A stretch of 64,000 bases of DNA from Gemmatimonadota bacterium (GCA_021413975.1 JAIOPJ010000020.1:57975-121974); one strand, 5' to 3'. Shown: positions 8,706 to 18,638, numbered from the stretch's first letter. Made by a program: numbers and translations. Notes: generated from the sequence alone by a model not told the origin.

Positions 8706-8725
8706 CATTAACCAGTTAGTTAATG
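8706..8725. promoter_or_regulatory. Candidate TetR operator: inverted repeat CATTAAC-N6-GTTAATG in an AT-rich patch
   Basis: Region 8691-8728 (ttccatagtttactcattaaccagttagttaatggaa) is strikingly AT-rich for this genome. It contains a perfect 7-bp inverted repeat overlapping the ATG at 8723. An outer TTCCAT/ATGGAA pair is also present. Confidence 0.55.
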
Positions 8726-9454
8726 GAACGAACCGACGTCATGGCCGCCCCGAAGACCCGCCCCAAGAAGTCCGCCTCCGGCAGCGTCGCGCCCAGGAAC
8801 GCCGCGCCCTCCAAGGCCGCCGCCAGGAAGCGCGACGGCGAGACGGAGCGCCGGATCCTCGACGCCGCGCGCACGGTATTCATCCGCCGCGGCTCCGGTG
8901 GCGCCCGCATGCAGGAGATCGCCGAAGAGGCGGGCGTGAACCAGGCGCTCCTCCACTACTACTTCGGCACCAAGGAGGGGCTCGCGCTCGCCGTGTTCCG
9001 CGAGTCGGCGGCCCGTCTCTTCCCCGGCATCCTGCGGATCCTCGCCTCCGATGCGCCCATCGAGGCGCGCGTCGAGCAGGTCGTGCACCACTACATCGAC
9101 ACCCTGCGTGCCCATCCCTTCCTGCCCGGCTTCGTGCTCGGCGAGATGAACTTCAATCCCGAGCGCATGGTGGCGCTCGCGAGCGAGATGGCGAGCCTGG
9201 GCGTCCCCGACGCCCCGCGGCGCGCGCTCGACGCGCTCGGGCGCGACCTCGCCAAGCGGGCCGCGCGCGGCGACTTCCGGAAGGTGACCGCCGACCAGTT
9301 CATGGTGAACCTCGCGTCGCTCTGCGTCTTCCCCTTCGCGGCGCGACCGATGCTCACGCACCTGCTGGGGATCGACCAGGCGGGCTGGGAGCGATTCCTC
9401 GACGTACGACGCGCCGAACTGCCGCAGCAGATCCTCAACACCCTCCGCCCATGA
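8723..9454 (+). CDS. TetR/AcrR-family transcriptional regulator
   Basis: Track ORF of 243 aa. The HTH region is ILDAARTVFIRRGSGGARMQEIAEEAGVNQALLHYYFGTKEGL. It sits at the head of the efflux operon. An alternative start is ATG 8741. Confidence 0.9.
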   Translation: MERTDVMAAPKTRPKKSASGSVAPRNAAPSKAAARKRDGETERRILDAARTVFIRRGSGGARMQEIAEEAGVNQALLHYYFGTKEGLALAVFRESAARLFPGILRILASDAPIEARVEQVVHHYIDTLRAHPFLPGFVLGEMNFNPERMVALASEMASLGVPDAPRRALDALGRDLAKRAARGDFRKVTADQFMVNLASLCVFPFAARPMLTHLLGIDQAGWERFLDVRRAELPQQILNTLRP

Positions 9455-10743
9455 ACCGCCTTTCGACGACTGCAGCCCTCTCCGCGGCGCTCCTGCTCGC
9501 ACCGGCGCTCTCCCGGGCACAATCGGGCGACACGCTGCGACTCGTCGATCTGCAGCGCGCCGCGCTCGCGCGCGACCCGCGCACTGCACAGGCGCGACTG
9601 CTCACCGAGCAGAGCCGCCTGCGCCTGGAGAACCTGCGCGCCGAACGCCTCCCCGTGCTCGGCGTGAACGGGCAGGCCCAGCACCAGTCCGACGTGACGA
9701 GCGTGCCGTTCCCCGGTGCCGTGATGCCGTTCAAGGACACCTACGACGCGAACCTGGCGGCACGGGTGCGACTCTTCGATCCCTCGCGCGGGCCGCGCGA
9801 GAACGCGGAGCAGGCGCAACTGGCCGAATCGGGCGCCCGGGTCGATGCCGCGCTCTACGCACAGCGCCAGGTGGTCAACGACGCGTTCTTCACTGCGCTC
9901 CTGCTCGACGGTCAGCGGCGTGTGCTCGCGGCCGGTCTCGCGGACCTCGAGGTGCAGTTCAGGATGGCCCGTGAACGGGTCGCGGCAGGCGCGTCGCTCG
10001 CCGGCGAGTCGGCGATGCTCGAAGCCGAGCTGCTGCGCCGCCGTCAGTCGCTCGACGAGGTCGAGTCGGGTCGGCGCGTGGCGCTCGCGGTGCTCGGGGA
10101 CCTCACCGGCCGCACCCTGTCCGGCGCCGAGTTGCTGGCGATCCCCGAGAGCGAGGCTGCGGTGGCGTCGGCGCGTGGCGCGATCGACTCGCTGCGCCAG
10201 CGCCCCGAGTACGAGCAGTTCCTGCGCAGCCGCGAACTCGTCGACGCCCGCCGCGCGGCGGTCGCGGCCCAGGAGCAGCCGCGCGTCTCGGCGTTCGGCC
10301 GCACCGGCTATGGGCGCCCCGGACTCAATCAGCTCGCCCGCGAGTTCGACAGCTACTGGCTGGCCGGCGTGCTGGTGGAGTGGGCGCCGTTCGACTGGGG
10401 CTCGGTGCGACGGGAGCGCGAGGCGCTCGCGTTGCAGCGAGAGGTGATCGCGAGCGAGGAGCGCGCCTTCGCCGACCGGCTGCGCCGCGGGACGCTCGCC
10501 GATCTCGCCGCGGTCGACCGGCTCGCCCGGACGATCGAAGCCGACTCGGCGATCATCGCCCTCCGGGAGCGCGTGCTGCAGGAGACGCGTCTCCGCTACC
10601 AGGAAGGCGTCGTCACGGTCGCGGACTTCGTGGATCGCGAGACCGAACTGAACACCGCGCGACTAGCGCGTATCGGCCATAGCGTCGAGCTCGCGCAGGC
10701 GCGGGCCCGCTTCCTCACCACCGTCGGACTCGAGGTCCGCTGA
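9451..10743 (+). CDS. TolC-like outer-membrane efflux protein
   Basis: Same frame as track ORF 8674..10743. ATG 9451 overlaps the TetR stop (ATGA) and gives the signal MNRLSTTAALSAALLLAPALSRAQ. The sequence has repeated coiled-coil/OEP character and lies upstream of HlyD. Confidence 0.8.
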   Translation: MNRLSTTAALSAALLLAPALSRAQSGDTLRLVDLQRAALARDPRTAQARLLTEQSRLRLENLRAERLPVLGVNGQAQHQSDVTSVPFPGAVMPFKDTYDANLAARVRLFDPSRGPRENAEQAQLAESGARVDAALYAQRQVVNDAFFTALLLDGQRRVLAAGLADLEVQFRMARERVAAGASLAGESAMLEAELLRRRQSLDEVESGRRVALAVLGDLTGRTLSGAELLAIPESEAAVASARGAIDSLRQRPEYEQFLRSRELVDARRAAVAAQEQPRVSAFGRTGYGRPGLNQLAREFDSYWLAGVLVEWAPFDWGSVRREREALALQREVIASEERAFADRLRRGTLADLAAVDRLARTIEADSAIIALRERVLQETRLRYQEGVVTVADFVDRETELNTARLARIGHSVELAQARARFLTTVGLEVR

Positions 10744-11669
10744 TGCGCCCTGCTTCGATCATCTCCCGGCGTGCCGCTACCGCCTGCTCCCTGCTCCTCG
10801 TCTCCGCCGCGGTCGCCTGCGGTAAGGCCGGTGCGCCCGACGCCTACGGCAGCTTCGAGGCGACCGAGGTCGTGGTCGCCGCGCAGACCAGTGGCCCGGT
10901 GCAGCGCTTCCTCGTGACCGAGGGCCAACAGGTCGCGCGGGGCGAACTCGTCGCGGTCATCGACACGACCGCGCTCTCGCTCGACCGGGCACAGCTGTCC
11001 GCGCAGCGCGCCGCGGTGACGGCTCGCCTCGCGGAGGTGGGCGAGCAACTCCGCGTGCTCGAGGTGCAGCGCGAGATCGCCGCACGCATCTACGAGCGCA
11101 CCAAGCGCCTGCAGTCACAGCAGGCGGCGACGGCGCAGCAGCTCGACCAGGCCGAGCGCGATCACCGCACGGTGCTGGCGCAGCTCGACGCGGCGCGCGC
11201 ACAGCAGCGCAGCGTGGGACTCGAGTCGGCGGCGGTCGAGGCGCGCGTGGCGCAGGCCCGCGACCGGGTGTCGCGCGCGACCGTGCTCAATCCGCTCGCC
11301 GGCACCGTGCTCACCACCTACACGCGCGAAGGCGAGATGGTGAACCCCGGCCAGCCGCTCTACAAGGTGGCCTCGCTCGACACGCTCGAGCTGCGGGCCT
11401 ACGTCTCCGGCGCGCAGCTCTCATCGGTGCGCATCGGGCAGGGGGTGGAGGTGCGGGTGCAGCAGGGCACCGACGGGCTCCTCATGCTGCCCGGCACGAT
11501 CACCTGGATCTCCACGCAGAGCGAGTTCACCCCCACGCCCGTGCAGACGCGCGACGAACGCGCCGATCTCGTCTACGCGGTGAAGGTGCGCGTGGCCAAC
11601 AGGGACGGCGTGCTCAAGATCGGCATGCCCGCCGACCTCACCTTCACCGCTTCGTCGGCGGCGCCGTGA
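10743..11669 (+). CDS. HlyD-family membrane fusion (periplasmic adaptor) protein
   Basis: Track ORF of 308 aa with a lipoprotein-like N-terminus (LLLVSAAVACG). It has a coiled-coil Q/A/R-rich middle and a beta-barrel C-terminus. This matches YbhG-like adaptors. It has a TGATG overlap with the previous gene. Confidence 0.85.
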   Translation: MRPASIISRRAATACSLLLVSAAVACGKAGAPDAYGSFEATEVVVAAQTSGPVQRFLVTEGQQVARGELVAVIDTTALSLDRAQLSAQRAAVTARLAEVGEQLRVLEVQREIAARIYERTKRLQSQQAATAQQLDQAERDHRTVLAQLDAARAQQRSVGLESAAVEARVAQARDRVSRATVLNPLAGTVLTTYTREGEMVNPGQPLYKVASLDTLELRAYVSGAQLSSVRIGQGVEVRVQQGTDGLLMLPGTITWISTQSEFTPTPVQTRDERADLVYAVKVRVANRDGVLKIGMPADLTFTASSAAP

Positions 11670-12628
11670 ACCAGGCGTCGTCGCCCGTCGTCCTCGAGGG
11701 CGTCCGCAAGACCTTCGGCAGCACCGTTGCGCTCGACGACGTGACCCTCGACGTGCACGCCGGCGAGCTCTTCGGGCTCGTGGGTCCCGACGGCGGCGGC
11801 AAGACGACGCTGTTCCGGATCCTCACCACGCTCCTCGTGCCCGACGCCGGCACCGCGACGGTCCTCGGTCGCGACGTGGTGCGGGACCTCTGGGAGATCC
11901 GCAGGCGCGTGGGCTACATGCCGGGCCGCTTCTCGCTCTACCCCGACCTGAGCGTCGAGGAGAACCTGCGGTTCTTCGCGTCGGTCTTCGGCACGACGCT
12001 CGAGAAGGGCTACGACATCATCGCGCCCATCTACCAGCAGATCGAACCGTTCAAGGAGCGGCGCGCGGGCCAACTCTCGGGCGGGATGAAGCAGAAGCTC
12101 GCGCTCTCCTGCGCGCTCGTGCACCGGCCGGAGGTGCTCTTCCTCGACGAACCGACCACCGGCGTGGACGCCGTCTCGCGCCGCGAGTTCTGGGACCTGC
12201 TGCACGACCTGCAGGCGTCGGGGCTCACGATCGTGGTCTCCACGCCCTACATGGACGAGGCCGACCGCTGCGACCGCGTCGCGCTCGTGCAGACGGGGCG
12301 CATCCTCGCGATCGACGAGCCCGGTGCGGTGGGCGCCCGCTTCCCGCGCCCGCTCTTCGCCGTGCACGGCGTGCCGCGCCATGCGACCATCGAGGCGCTG
12401 CGCGCCTTCCCGCACGCGGTCTCGGTGCATCCGTTCGGCGACACGTTGCACTACAGCGACGCTCGCGTCTCGCTCGCGCCGGCGCAGGTGATCACCGAGG
12501 TGCGCGAGTGGCTGGGCGCGCGCGGCATCGCCGAGGTGGCGGTCACGCCGATCGCGCCCGGGATCGAGGATGCCTTCATGGCGCTCATGGGCGACGAGTC
12601 CGACGCCACCACGGCCGGGGCCGCATGA
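11666..12628 (+). CDS. ABC transporter ATP-binding protein (YbhF-like, first half-equivalent)
   Basis: Walker A is GPDGGGKTT, the signature is LSGGMKQKL and Walker B is LFLDEPTTGVD. The GTG start overlaps the HlyD stop (GTGA). Confidence 0.9.
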   Translation: MNQASSPVVLEGVRKTFGSTVALDDVTLDVHAGELFGLVGPDGGGKTTLFRILTTLLVPDAGTATVLGRDVVRDLWEIRRRVGYMPGRFSLYPDLSVEENLRFFASVFGTTLEKGYDIIAPIYQQIEPFKERRAGQLSGGMKQKLALSCALVHRPEVLFLDEPTTGVDAVSRREFWDLLHDLQASGLTIVVSTPYMDEADRCDRVALVQTGRILAIDEPGAVGARFPRPLFAVHGVPRHATIEALRAFPHAVSVHPFGDTLHYSDARVSLAPAQVITEVREWLGARGIAEVAVTPIAPGIEDAFMALMGDESDATTAGAA

Positions 12629-13365
12629 CACTCGCGATCGAGGTGAGGGACCTCACGCGGCGGTTCGGCAGCTTCACCGCCGTCGACTCGATCAGCGTCG
12701 ATGTCGCGGTGGGCGAGGTCTTCGGCTTCCTCGGCGCCAACGGCGCGGGGAAGACGACGGCGATCAAGGTGCTGATCGGCCTGCTCGCGCCGAGCAGCGG
12801 CTCGGCTCGCGTCGCCGGATTCGACGTGCTCACGCAGTCGGAGGAGGTGCGCAAGCGGATCGGCTACATGAGCCAACGCTTCTCGCTCTACGACGACCTC
12901 ACGCCCCGGGAGAACATCACCCTCTACGGCGGCATCTACGGCCTCGCCGACGCCGAAATCCGCGCGCGCGGCGACGCGATGCTCAACGACCTCGGCATCA
13001 TGCATGTCGCCGACAAGCTGGTGAGCACGCTCCCGCTCGGCTGGAAGCAGAAGCTCTCGTTCTCGGTCGCGATGCTGCATCGTCCCGACGTGGTCTTCCT
13101 CGACGAGCCCACGGGCGGCGTGGACCCGGTGACGCGCCGGCAGTTCTGGGAGATGATCTACGCCGCGGCGGCGCGCGGCACGACGGTCTTCGTCACCACG
13201 CACTACATGGACGAGGCCGAGTACTGCGACCGCCTCTCGATCATGGTGGACGGACGGATCGCGGCCATGGGGACGCCGGCAGCGCTCAAGGCGGAGTTCG
13301 GCGTGTCGAGCATCGACGAGGTCTTCGTGCGCCTCGCGCGTCCGGCGACGGCGACGGCGGGCTGA
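12625..13365 (+). CDS. ABC transporter ATP-binding protein (YbhF-like, second half-equivalent)
   Basis: Frame of track ORF 12508..13365. ATG 12625 overlaps the previous stop (ATGA). Walker A is GANGAGKTT and Walker B is VFLDEPTGGVD. Confidence 0.9.
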   Translation: MTLAIEVRDLTRRFGSFTAVDSISVDVAVGEVFGFLGANGAGKTTAIKVLIGLLAPSSGSARVAGFDVLTQSEEVRKRIGYMSQRFSLYDDLTPRENITLYGGIYGLADAEIRARGDAMLNDLGIMHVADKLVSTLPLGWKQKLSFSVAMLHRPDVVFLDEPTGGVDPVTRRQFWEMIYAAAARGTTVFVTTHYMDEAEYCDRLSIMVDGRIAAMGTPAALKAEFGVSSIDEVFVRLARPATATAG

Positions 13366-13366
13366 G

Positions 13367-14488
13367 ATGCGCGCCCCCGAACGCATCCAGGCGCTCGCCG
13401 CCTTCGTGATCAAGGAGATGCGGCACATCCTCCGCGACCGGCAGACCCTGACGATCCTGCTGTTGCTCCCGCTGGCCCAGGTCGTGCTCTTCGGCTTCGC
13501 GATCCGCACCGACGTGAACGACATCCGGCTCGCGATCGTCGACGCGGCCCCCGACGACGCGACGTTGGCGTTGCGCGCCCGCTTCACGGGCAACGGGCGG
13601 TTCCGCATCGTCGCGACCGCGGCGACGGTGGACGTGCTCGAGCCGCTCTTCCGCCGCGGAGAGGCCGACGTCGCGCTCGTGATCGCGCCGGGGCTCGCCC
13701 GCGCGCTCGCCGACGGGACCCCCGCGCGGCTGCAACTGATCACCGACGCGTCCAATCCGAACACCGGCACGACGATGCAGACGTATGCCGGGGCGGTGAT
13801 CCGCACCTGGCAGGCGGCGCTCCCCGGCGCGCGCCAGGGCGTGACGATCGAGCCGCAGGTGCGGATGCTCTTCAACCCGACGCTCGAGAGCGTGAACCTC
13901 TTCGTACCGGGGCTCATCGCGCTCGTCCTCACGCTCGTGACGGCGCAGATGACCGCGATCTCCCTTTCGCGCGAGAAGGAGCGGGGGACGCTCGAGATCC
14001 TCCTCGTCTCGCCGCTCCGGCCCTGGCAGATCATCCTCGGGAAGGTCGCGCCCTACCTGCTGCTCGCCTTCGCGAACGTGGTGACGGCGCTCGTGGCGGC
14101 CTGGGTGGTCTTCCGGGTGCCGTTCCGCGGGAGTCTCCTGCTGCTGCTCGCGGCCTCCACGCTCTATGCCCTCGTGGGGCTCGCGCTCGGCGTGCTGATC
14201 GCCGCGCGAACCGAGTCCCAGCGCACCGCGATGATGGGGTCGATGATCGGCACCATGCTGCCGAGCACGCTGCTCTCGGGGATGATCTTCCCGATCGCCA
14301 GCCTGCCGTGGCCGCTGCAGCTGGTCTCGAACATCGTGCCGGCCCGCTGGTTCATCGTGATCGTGCGTGGGATCATGCTCAAGGGCGCCGGCGTGGTGCA
14401 CCTCTGGCAGGAGCTGCTGGTGCTCACCGTGATGTTCACGGTGCTCCTGGCCGTGGCGATCAGGTCCTTCCGCGCCCGACTGGCCTGA
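13367..14488 (+). CDS. ABC-2 type transporter permease (YbhS/YbhR-like)
   Basis: Track ORF of 373 aa. It has an N-terminal TM helix, a large loop and then a cluster of 5 TM helices, which is typical ABC-2 architecture. It starts 1 nt after the ATPase stop. Confidence 0.85.
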   Translation: MRAPERIQALAAFVIKEMRHILRDRQTLTILLLLPLAQVVLFGFAIRTDVNDIRLAIVDAAPDDATLALRARFTGNGRFRIVATAATVDVLEPLFRRGEADVALVIAPGLARALADGTPARLQLITDASNPNTGTTMQTYAGAVIRTWQAALPGARQGVTIEPQVRMLFNPTLESVNLFVPGLIALVLTLVTAQMTAISLSREKERGTLEILLVSPLRPWQIILGKVAPYLLLAFANVVTALVAAWVVFRVPFRGSLLLLLAASTLYALVGLALGVLIAARTESQRTAMMGSMIGTMLPSTLLSGMIFPIASLPWPLQLVSNIVPARWFIVIVRGIMLKGAGVVHLWQELLVLTVMFTVLLAVAIRSFRARLA

Positions 14489-14490
14489 GC

Positions 14491-15642
14491 ATGCGCGCCC
14501 TCCGCTTCCTGCTCCGCAAGGAGTTCCTGCAGATCTTCCGCGATCCGGCGCTGGTGCGGATGCTCTTCATGATCCCGGTCGTCCAGTTGCTCGTGCTCTC
14601 GAACGCCGCGACGTTCGAGGTGAAGCGTGCCCGGATGTACGTCGTGGATCACGATGCGAGCACGATGTCCCGTGGCGTGGTGGACCGACTCGCCGCATCG
14701 GGACGCTTCGTGCGCGGCGGCGGGTCGGGCTCGGTCGCGCTGGGGGACGACGCGCTCATGCGGCGCGACGTGGAGATGGTCCTCACGATCCCGCCGGGTT
14801 TCGAGCGCGACATCGTGCGCTACCGCCATACGGCGGTGCAACTCCTGCTGAATGCCGAGGACGGCGCGGCGGCCGCGGTGACCCAGGCGTACGCCCGCGA
14901 GATCCTCGCCCGCTACGCGACCGAGCTCGGCACCGAGCTCTTCCCGGCGACGGCGCTCGCGGGTGCGCGTGCGGAGCGCCCGCCGGTGCGTGGGCAGCCT
15001 GCGGTGCAGGTGCGCACCCGCGGCTGGTACAACGCCGAGCTCGACTACCGGCATTACATGGTGCCGGGGATCCTCGTGCAGCTGCTCACGATCGTCGGCA
15101 CGCTGCTCACCGCCATGAACATCGTGCGCGAGAAGGAGGCGGGAACGCTCGACCAGCTCAACGTCACGCCGGTCACCCGCTCGGTCTTCATCGCCGCCAA
15201 GCTCATCCCGCTCTGGATCATCTCCATGGTGGTCCTCTCGATCGGCCTGGTCGTCGCCAAGGTCGCCTTCGGCGTGCCGATGATCGGGAGCCTCTTCCTC
15301 GTCTTCGGCGGCGCCGCGCTCTATCTCGTGGCGGCGCTCGGCATCGGGCTCTGGGTCTCGGCCGTCACCGAGACGCAGCAACAGGCGATGTTCGTGAACT
15401 TCTCGATCCTCATGGTCTACCTGCTCATGAGCGGGCTCTTCACCCCGGTGAGTTCCATGCCCGAGTGGGCGCAGTGGGTCGCGCGCTTCAATCCGATGAT
15501 GCACTTCATCTCGCTCATGCGCGCGGTGATGCTCAAGGGTGCCGGCTTCGCGGATGTCGCGCGTCAGCTCGCGGTGCTGGCGACCGCCGGCGCGGTCGTG
15601 CTCACGATCGCGGTGAGGCAGTACCACAAGCGGTCGGCCTGA
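14491..15642 (+). CDS. ABC-2 type transporter permease (second copy)
   Basis: Frame of track ORF 14308..15642, starting at ATG 14491 (MRALRFLLRKEFLQIFRDP). It is paralogous to the preceding permease. Confidence 0.85.
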   Translation: MRALRFLLRKEFLQIFRDPALVRMLFMIPVVQLLVLSNAATFEVKRARMYVVDHDASTMSRGVVDRLAASGRFVRGGGSGSVALGDDALMRRDVEMVLTIPPGFERDIVRYRHTAVQLLLNAEDGAAAAVTQAYAREILARYATELGTELFPATALAGARAERPPVRGQPAVQVRTRGWYNAELDYRHYMVPGILVQLLTIVGTLLTAMNIVREKEAGTLDQLNVTPVTRSVFIAAKLIPLWIISMVVLSIGLVVAKVAFGVPMIGSLFLVFGGAALYLVAALGIGLWVSAVTETQQQAMFVNFSILMVYLLMSGLFTPVSSMPEWAQWVARFNPMMHFISLMRAVMLKGAGFADVARQLAVLATAGAVVLTIAVRQYHKRSA

Positions 15643-15656
15643 GTAGGTTACGCGGC

Positions 15657-16988
15657 ATGCAGCTACCGTGGCTGATGTCCGTCGTCTCGAATCTCGGCGT
15701 GCGGGCCTACTATCGGGTGACCGTCGCGGGCGCCCGGGTGCCCGCCGAGGGGCCGGTGCTGCTGGTCGCCAACCACAACAACTCGCTCGTCGATCCCGCG
15801 CTCGTCGTCTGTGCGGCCGATCGCGTGGTCCGGTTCCTCGCCAAGTGGCCCCTCTTCACCGATCCGCTCATCGGGTGGCTCGTGAAGGCGGTCGGATCGG
15901 TCCCCGTCTACCGGCAGCAGGACGACCCGACCAAGCTCTCCCAGAACCTCGATTCGTTCCGCGACGTGCACTCGGCGATCGCGGGGGGGCACGCCATCGG
16001 GATCTTCCCCGAGGGGATCAGCCACTCGTCCTCGCAACTGGCGCCCCTCAAGACCGGCGCGGCGCGGATCGCCATCGGGGCGGGGCAGCGGATCGGCCGC
16101 GACTTCCCGATCATCGCGATGGGCCTCGTGTTCCGCGACCGCGACGTCTTCCGGTCCGAGGCGCATGTCATCATCAGCGAGACGTTCCCCTGGGGCGACC
16201 TCGTGACCAAGGACGTGAACGACCGCGACGCGGTGCGCGAACTCACGCGTCGCATCGAGGCGGCCATGCGGTCGGTCACGATCAATCTCGAGCAGTGGGA
16301 GGACGAACCGCTCGTGCACGCGGCGGCCGAGGTCTGGCACACGGAGCTCGGTGGCCGGCAGGCGGACGATGCGGTCGCGAAGGTCGAACGGATCGCCGTC
16401 ACCACGAGCGCGCTGCGCGCGCTCCGGAGCGGGACCGACGACTCGTGGCGCGAGGTCGCCGGCGCCCTGCAGGAGCATGTCCGCGAGCTGCGACGGCTCG
16501 GCCTCACGCCGGCGGAGCTCAAGGGCGACGTGCATGTCGGCGAGGCGGTCGAATGGACGGTGGCGCGCATCCCGTTGATCGTCGTCCTGCCGGTGTCGAT
16601 CATCGGCGGTGCGGTCTTCTGGCTCCCCAAGTACGTCACCGCGCGCGCGGCGGATCGCATGTCCGCGTCCGAGGGAGAGGACACGCTCGTGACGTACCGC
16701 GTGCTCGTCGGCGCCGTCGTGTTCCTCATCTGGTTCCTCGTGGTCGCCGGCGTCCTCTGGCCGATCGCCGGTCTCGGATGGGCGCTGCTCTCGCTGGTGA
16801 TCCAGCCGCTGTGGGCCTTCGCGGCGCTCGCTGTGGGTGAGAGGCGGCAGCATGCCTGGCAGGCCGCGCGGCGCTTCTTCCTGCGGCGCCGCGTGCGGCC
16901 GCATCTCGAGGTCCTGCGGGAGCGTCAGCACGAGTTGGCCGATCGACTCCACCGCCTGTACGAACGCGTCGCCAGCAGCACACCCTGA
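15657..16988 (+). CDS. Lysophospholipid/1-acyl-glycerol-3-phosphate acyltransferase (PlsC family) with C-terminal membrane domain
   Basis: Frame of track ORF 15465..16988, starting at ATG 15657. The acyltransferase motifs are NHNNSLVD (HX4D) and GIFPEGISH. Hydrophobic C-terminal helices are present. Confidence 0.8.
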   Translation: MQLPWLMSVVSNLGVRAYYRVTVAGARVPAEGPVLLVANHNNSLVDPALVVCAADRVVRFLAKWPLFTDPLIGWLVKAVGSVPVYRQQDDPTKLSQNLDSFRDVHSAIAGGHAIGIFPEGISHSSSQLAPLKTGAARIAIGAGQRIGRDFPIIAMGLVFRDRDVFRSEAHVIISETFPWGDLVTKDVNDRDAVRELTRRIEAAMRSVTINLEQWEDEPLVHAAAEVWHTELGGRQADDAVAKVERIAVTTSALRALRSGTDDSWREVAGALQEHVRELRRLGLTPAELKGDVHVGEAVEWTVARIPLIVVLPVSIIGGAVFWLPKYVTARAADRMSASEGEDTLVTYRVLVGAVVFLIWFLVVAGVLWPIAGLGWALLSLVIQPLWAFAALAVGERRQHAWQAARRFFLRRRVRPHLEVLRERQHELADRLHRLYERVASSTP

Positions 16989-17009
16989 TCCCCCTGCAAG
17001 GTCGCTCCG

Positions 17010-17249
17010 ATGCTCAATCAGGTCCTCTCGATCATCGGCTCGCTCCTCGTGCTCGGCGCCTACTTCGCACTGCAGCGCGGGCACCTCAAGAGCGACGCCC
17101 GACTCTACAGCGCGCTGAACTTCCTCGGCGCCGGGCTCATGACCCTGGTCGCGGTGACTGAGTGGCAGATCGGGTTCATCGTGCTCGAGGGGAGCTGGGC
17201 GCTGCTCTCGTTCCCCGGGATGGTGCGCAAGGGATCAGCGCGCGAGTGA
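17010..17249 (+). CDS. Small (79 aa) multi-TM membrane protein, family uncertain
   Basis: Track ORF MLNQVLSIIGSLLVLGAYFALQRGHL...LNFLGAGLMTLVAV...IVLEGSWALLSF has three hydrophobic segments. From memory it resembles the CBU_0592-type small membrane protein family. Confidence 0.6.
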   Translation: MLNQVLSIIGSLLVLGAYFALQRGHLKSDARLYSALNFLGAGLMTLVAVTEWQIGFIVLEGSWALLSFPGMVRKGSARE

Positions 17250-18638
17250 GGCGCGGGCGAGCGCTCCGCGTGCGAGCGCGAAGAGCTCGATCGTCCGCCG
17301 CGGCCGCTCGGAAGGTCCACGCGACATGATCAGCGGCACGAGCAGGTGATCGCGATGCAACGAGCCGTGGGCGGACCGATGCCGCAACGGTTCGTAGCGC
17401 GCCCTGAGATCCCAGCCCGGCGCGGCCGACACGATGATCTCGCCCGAGCGCGCCGAGTCGGCGAGGGCGAGGATCTGCACCAGCGAGTCCGGATAGTCGG
17501 TGTCGGAGCTCGCGTCATGGATCTCGTCGCCGGTGAGGCCCTCGAGGGCAGCGGAGGAGTCGAGCGCGCCCCCGAGACCGAGCGGGTCGCCGGAGCCGAC
17601 CCGGTACGAGTAGCGCCCCCGTGCATCGCGCCGCACCATCGCCGATCCGCGAAGGCGTGAACGCACCTCGCACGCTCCCGGGCCGTGCGGCAGGAGCAGG
17701 AGATCCACGGCGTCGCGCGCGAGGAGTGCCTGCACGAGAGAGCCCCAGCGCGACGCGAGGGCCGGCCAGTGGGGCCGCGCCCGTCGATCGAGATCGAGGT
17801 ACAGGTGCGCCATCGCATTGCCGCTCACCATGACCGCCACGTCGCGACCACCCGTGAAGGTCCACGGATGCGCCAGCACATCGTGTCCGAGCGCGGCGAT
17901 GGTGCCCGCGAGGTCCTCGTGCGAGTGCACGGCGGAATGCCCATGATCGCTCACGATCATGAACTCGAGCGCCTGTGCGCGGCCCCGGCGCGCTGCGTCG
18001 CTCCTGAGGCGCGCGACGGTCGCGTCGACCACGCGCAGTGCATCGAGCACCTCGGGCGCCCCCTGCCCGAGTTGGTGCGAGAGCTTGTCGACGCCGGGGT
18101 GAGCGAGGAACACCAGGTCCGGGCGCTCCGCGTCCACGCGGTCGCAGACGCGCTGGGCGAGGTCGCGCTCGAGTCGCAGCCATCCCCCCACATCGCCACG
18201 GAAGTGATGCCACGCGACGCGCGGCCACGACGCGATCCCCGCGCCGAGGCGCTCGGAGTCTCCCAGGCCGCGACCGATCGGCGTGAAGGCCGCGATGGGT
18301 CGTTCGGCGAGTTCGAACAACGTGGGCTGCAGCGGATCCAGGTCGCCGTCCTGACGCAGCGCCTCGAAGCCCACATAGCTGCGCGCGTTGCCATGCGCAT
18401 ACGCACGCGCGCCCGAGCGGTCCCACCAGCGGATGCCCGGCACTCCGGCCGTCCCGGGATGCAGTCCTATCAGGAACGGCGTGTACGCCGGCCCCGTGAC
18501 CGATGGGAAGACGGAGGTGATGGTGTGCGCGCTCCCCTCGGCCCGCAGCGCCGCGAGCGCAGGGAGGTGTCCTGCATCGATCGCACCGAACAGCGTCTCG
18601 GGTCGGGCTCCGTCGGCCACCAGCATGACGAGGGTCAC
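17235..18638 (-). CDS. Alkaline-phosphatase-superfamily protein (nucleotide pyrophosphatase/phosphodiesterase-like)
   Basis: Track ORF 17235..18701. Motifs are VMLVADGARPETL, SVFPSVTGPAYTPFLTG-like and MIVSDHGHS. The longest start (GTG 18701) lies only 5 nt from the divergent LOG ATG. I therefore prefer GTG 18638 or ATG 18626. Confidence 0.75.
   Translation of the reverse strand: MTLVMLVADGARPETLFGAIDAGHLPALAALRAEGSAHTITSVFPSVTGPAYTPFLIGLHPGTAGVPGIRWWDRSGARAYAHGNARSYVGFEALRQDGDLDPLQPTLFELAERPIAAFTPIGRGLGDSERLGAGIASWPRVAWHHFRGDVGGWLRLERDLAQRVCDRVDAERPDLVFLAHPGVDKLSHQLGQGAPEVLDALRVVDATVARLRSDAARRGRAQALEFMIVSDHGHSAVHSHEDLAGTIAALGHDVLAHPWTFTGGRDVAVMVSGNAMAHLYLDLDRRARPHWPALASRWGSLVQALLARDAVDLLLLPHGPGACEVRSRLRGSAMVRRDARGRYSYRVGSGDPLGLGGALDSSAALEGLTGDEIHDASSDTDYPDSLVQILALADSARSGEIIVSAAPGWDLRARYEPLRHRSAHGSLHRDHLLVPLIMSRGPSERPRRTIELFALARGALARASLAR

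Noticed and set aside
8674-9450. N-terminal extension of the TolC-like ORF (track 8674..10743, 689 aa)
   Set aside because: The extension overlaps the TetR gene in another frame and is Arg/Pro/Gly-rich. ATG 9451 gives a proper signal peptide and an ATGA overlap with the TetR stop.
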